Assembly: GCA_964510585.1 (NCBI GenBank)
Contig: CAZECW010000058.1
Coordinates: 11,038-43,037, forward strand
Source of the DNA: an uncultured archaeon
GTDB taxonomy: Archaea; Asgardarchaeota; Jordiarchaeia; Jordiarchaeales; Jordiarchaeaceae
Direction of reading: 5' to 3'
Length of the DNA stretch: 32,000 nucleotides
In this document: positions 28,718 through 32,000 of the stretch, piece by piece
How the letters are laid out: every line of letters begins with the position of its first letter
Numbering within the stretch: position 1 is the first letter of the stretch
The notes under the pieces: model-generated
Seen by the model: the letters and a program-made list of their open reading frames with translations, nothing else
Databases searched by the model: none
Told to the model about the DNA's origin: nothing
Made by a program: the position numbers and the translations under genes

Positions 28718-29719
28718 GTGTCTAAATTGACAAAGAGAAGTAAAGTTTGTCCAAGGTGCCAAGCCAAATATCCTCTAACTGATTTTGAATTTTGTAGGTA
28801 TTGCGGAGCCAAACTTGAAGATATAGCCGACTCAGGCAATTTCTTGGGTAGAGGTGAATTTGGTAAAGTAAAGCATAGGACGCTTGCCTCGTGGGGCTGG
28901 ATTCCAGCGGTATTAGGATACGCAGCTTCGTTTATTTTGCTTTTTCTTTTTCAAAACATCCTGTCCATTATAGGAGCATTCTTGGGCCTCCCCTTTATGT
29001 TTGTACCGCTTTTTGATTCATGGGTTGCAACACTGACTCCAGAGTTTCTTGTTTTCATCACTTTGGGCCAGCTCGGCCTAGTAGTAATTCCTCTTTTATA
29101 TCTAAAGATAAGAAATTTACCTCTGAAAGAATTGGGATTTGACTTTGAGAATAAAAAGGAGGTTCAAAATGACATTATGATAGGTACTCTGGGCGGGGGG
29201 ATGATGATGGGAATCTCTTTATTTGTGTCGTGGGCATCAACCCTCACAATTGGGGCACTGTACTCCCCCTTAGACATTTACATGTCAGAAATATTTTCAA
29301 ACATCAATAATGCATCTTTTATGGCAATCCACTTTTATCAATACGTACTGCTGGTTATAAGCATGTTTCTTTTAGTCGCCCCCAGCGAAGAAATATCAAC
29401 TCGAGCATTCCTACAACAAGGACTGGAAAACAGTTTTGGAAGATGGATTGGTCTCATCATCACTGCAATAATCTTTTCAGCCCTGCACATATTGCTCTAC
29501 CCTCAAACTGCAACTGCGATAGGATTCCCAAGCTATATCGGCTCTATATCAGCCATAATAGCCATACCTTCTTATCTCGCCCTCTCCTTAACACTCGGCT
29601 TCCTACTCCAGATAAGAAAATATAGAATAATCACTACAATAACAGCCCACGCAGTCTACATGATAATACTAGTATCAATATACTATTTCCAAAACTACTG
29701 GATTTACCTTTACATATAA
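28718..29719 (+). CDS. CPBP (Abi/Rce1-like) intramembrane metalloprotease with N-terminal Zn ribbon
   Basis: EExxxR (EEISTR), FxxxH (FSALH) and a final His motif (HAVYM); N-terminal CPRC...FCRYCG. Confidence 0.85.
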   Translation: MSKLTKRSKVCPRCQAKYPLTDFEFCRYCGAKLEDIADSGNFLGRGEFGKVKHRTLASWGWIPAVLGYAASFILLFLFQNILSIIGAFLGLPFMFVPLFDSWVATLTPEFLVFITLGQLGLVVIPLLYLKIRNLPLKELGFDFENKKEVQNDIMIGTLGGGMMMGISLFVSWASTLTIGALYSPLDIYMSEIFSNINNASFMAIHFYQYVLLVISMFLLVAPSEEISTRAFLQQGLENSFGRWIGLIITAIIFSALHILLYPQTATAIGFPSYIGSISAIIAIPSYLALSLTLGFLLQIRKYRIITTITAHAVYMIILVSIYYFQNYWIYLYI

Positions 29720-29939
29720 AACCATACCACCAACCAAAAAAGGGGAATCACCATTATTTCACACCAGAGAAAAACTCTACACCCAACGAAAAGTATAAAA
29801 CAAAACTTAACCCAATATATCACAGAACACCAAGTTGGGAAAGCCGAAGAATTTTTAAAAAAGATTACACATATCTTAATTATAAGGACTAAAAACATAA
29901 ATTAAAATAGAAACACAACAAATAAAGAAGGGTTAAAAC

Positions 29940-30644
29940 TTGGGCAAGAAAGAAGAGAAACTATTACGATTCGTCTCAAAAGTATGCTCCTCCCTAATCA
30001 GCACCTCCAACAAGTACATCGAATCACTCAAAAAAGCACAAGAAGCCTACACCAAACAGATAGAAAAACTCCAAAAAGAACTCGAAAAAGCCGCAAAAGG
30101 AATGGAAATCGAACTCACAGCAGTAGACTTATCCATACCTACCGCCACAGCAGAAGCTGCGGAGGAACCAATAATAACCACAACAACTACACTGGAAACA
30201 TTCGCCAGCAAAACCGCACCAGACGACGTATTTGACATGTTCTCAAAGTCTGGACCCCCAGCCGCAACAGTTACCAGCGCTCCACCAAGTGCCGGTATCC
30301 CACCAAGAGCCGGCGCCCCACCAAGTGCCGGTATCCCACCAAGAGCCGGCGCTCCACCAAGTGCCGGTATCCCACCAAGAGCCGGCGCCCCACCAAGTGC
30401 TGGCGCCCCACCAAGTGCCGGTATCCCACCAAGAGCCGGCGCTCCACCAAGTGCTGGCGCTCCACCAAGTGCCGGTATCCCACCAAGAGCCGGCGCTCCA
30501 CCAAGTGCTGGTGTGCCGAGTGTTTCTGTTCCTCCTCCTGTAGGGGCCGCCACAGTTCAGGATGCTGCCTCTATTACGGATCTTAGGAATGCTATGATGG
30601 CTGAGCTTAGTAGACTGAAGAAGTTGTTTGCTGCAGAGGAATAA
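29940..30644 (+). CDS. Hypothetical protein: coiled coil, 13x PPxAG repeats, C-terminal helix (WH2-like)
   Basis: N-terminal coiled coil YIESLKKAQEAYTKQIEKLQKELEK; Pro-rich repeat block; terminal LRNAMMAELSRLKKLFAAEE; TTG start after GAAGGGT. Confidence 0.78.
   Translation: MGKKEEKLLRFVSKVCSSLISTSNKYIESLKKAQEAYTKQIEKLQKELEKAAKGMEIELTAVDLSIPTATAEAAEEPIITTTTTLETFASKTAPDDVFDMFSKSGPPAATVTSAPPSAGIPPRAGAPPSAGIPPRAGAPPSAGIPPRAGAPPSAGAPPSAGIPPRAGAPPSAGAPPSAGIPPRAGAPPSAGVPSVSVPPPVGAATVQDAASITDLRNAMMAELSRLKKLFAAEE
30282..30515 (+). repeat. In-frame 18-bp tandem repeat, 13 units
   Basis: Units begin CCACCAAG and encode PPSAGI (A), PPRAGA (B), PPSAGA (C), PPSAGV (D) in the order ABABABCABCABD. Confidence 0.95.
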
Positions 30645-31196
30645 TTAGGCAATGTTGATGGAAGAGAATTCATTTTGTGAGTATCCCTTCATTACATGTC
30701 TTGGTAACTTTGTTCTTTAAGTTATTTTAATATCTCAATATGTTTTCTGGTTAGAGGTAGAGGTTCTGACATTCGTTTTTCGCTGAATCATAGGGAATTC
30801 CATATTGCATACGGTGTTGTGGGTGCGTAGCGGTTTTCGGTTAATTGCTTCTACAAGCTTTTCTGGTTGGAAGAACATTTATTGATTTGTTTTTTCCTTT
30901 TCCGTTTCTTAGAGGTTTCTTGATTTATCGCATCTCTTGGGGAGGGTGTCTTTTTGCATCATTTTGGGGTAAGCGAGGGGTTATCTTGGGGGGAGTTTAT
31001 TTGTTGTTGTGCGTTTGAGAGTTAGGGGGTTATAACAAAAGAGGGATAATATTTGATTTTTTAATTAGTTTTTGTTGAAAGGTATTATTTTTTGTTTATT
31101 TTTTGAGGGTTTTACATTTAGAAAGTTAATAAATAGGGGTATTATTTGGGGATTTGTAAAGTTTTGGTAATAATAGTTATGCAAGGCTCATTTATC

Positions 31197-31451
31197 TTAT
31201 TTGTATTTTAACTCGTATAATTCGCTGCTGTTTGGTATATAGAAGGAATCGTTGAAAAAGATTACAGGTTTTCGGAATAGAACTGCTAGTTTCAAAAATG
31301 GCGATATTTGTTCGTCTCCCTTAAATACAATTTTTGCAGAGATAGCTCCACCTTCCTTAAAATCTGCGGGAACTATTATTGGTACACGCTCTTCCTTTGC
31401 TTTGATTTTTACTTTTTCCGCGAATACTTTTTTCTCGTCCTCTTTAGGCAT
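31197..31451 (-). CDS. Small hypothetical protein
   Basis: 84-aa ATG ORF with GGAGG 8 nt upstream; protein-like composition. Confidence 0.6.
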   Translation of the reverse strand: MPKEDEKKVFAEKVKIKAKEERVPIIVPADFKEGGAISAKIVFKGDEQISPFLKLAVLFRKPVIFFNDSFYIPNSSELYELKYK

Positions 31452-31601
31452 TAATTTTTCCTCCTGTAAGATTGAACTTTATTGTAATAAGATATCATAT
31501 CTTTATTACACAGGTTAATGATTTTTTCGGATTTCCCATCTTTTTGATTAATATTTGGGAATAAGATTATAATAACTTTTTTTATCCGACAACGATAAAC
31601 C

Positions 31602-31846
31602 CTAGTTATAACCCATTATTCGAGGAGTTGAGAAACCTTTGTAAGAGTGGCAAAGCTTCCTATCATCATGACTCTTCTTTTTGAGAGGTTCTATATTAGG
31701 CCAGTGAAACCACCAAAAATCGGCGAACTCATTAATGGAAGCATAATTGTCCAAATAGCTTCGAGGAATATGCGGAATATGGATTTTATAAACAATGTTT
31801 AATAAAGGCTTGTGTTCCCATTTAAAATCAGGATAGTACTCTTTTT
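31602..31846 (-). pseudogene. Possible 3' fragment of a gene interrupted by the IS insertion
   Basis: The frame is open from the IS right end to TAG at 31602; the only start (GTG 31853) lies inside the IS terminal GTGTCAA. Confidence 0.3.
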
Positions 31847-32000
31847 TTGACACTCTCCGCGACTAAAGTCGGGAGATTCTTGCTTCTGGCTCATCGGGAG
31901 CCTTCGAAGCAATGGGTGTGCCATCACCCAGTTAACACGCCCTTCCCTCAAGGGAACGGCGTCTATGTTGGCACCCTCACGGGGGCTGCGTCTTGTTTAG
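31847..32000 (-). mobile_element. IS200/IS605 right end with omega-RNA-like scaffold (runs to the window edge)
   Basis: Minus strand reads GTTAACTGGGTGATGGCACACCCATTGC...GCAAGAATCTCCCGACTTTAGTCGCGGAGAGTGTCAA, homologous to 17386-17520; GAAT guide, bulged hairpin and TCAA end (31847-31850). Confidence 0.85.

Noticed and set aside
30047-30553. Antisense and alternative-frame repeat ORFs (30047-30553, 30232-30543, 30271-30504)
   Set aside because: Shadows of the 18-bp repeat; the plus-strand 29940-30644 frame has a start signal and coherent domains.

Overview
Archaeal chromosomal window. About 20 kb (1596-21323) encodes a nearly complete H4MPT/methanofuran-type Wood-Ljungdahl pathway: the CODH/ACS operon cdhABCDE, ftr, mtd, mch and formylmethanofuran dehydrogenase genes (fwdA,C; fwdG,F; a second ferredoxin with fwdD,B). 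An archaeal SAM synthetase sits inside this block, and no mer, cooC, mtr or mcr is visible. Flanking genes encode a GNAT acetyltransferase, a USP, a DedA/VTT membrane protein, DGGGP synthase, adenine deaminase, a wHTH protein, a CPBP protease and several hypotheticals. An Asgard-like origin is inferred from gene content only. Main observations: (1) two coiled-coil + Pro-rich + C-terminal-helix proteins share an R-x-x-[LM]-x-x-E-L-x-x-L motif, and one resembles a WH2 actin-binding motif preceded by 13 PPxAG repeats; (2) CdhE carries a second, degenerate copy of its corrinoid-binding domain; (3) a 331-bp protein-less IS200/IS605 mini-element keeps a structured omega-RNA-like scaffold with a pseudoknot, and a related right end lies at the window edge; (4) kb-scale A+C versus G+T strand-composition blocks flip inside genes; (5) a 52-aa Zn-ribbon gene missed by the ORF track, a duplicated double-palindrome cassette and a candidate intergenic ncRNA. 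All calls come from reading the sequence; no searches were run.
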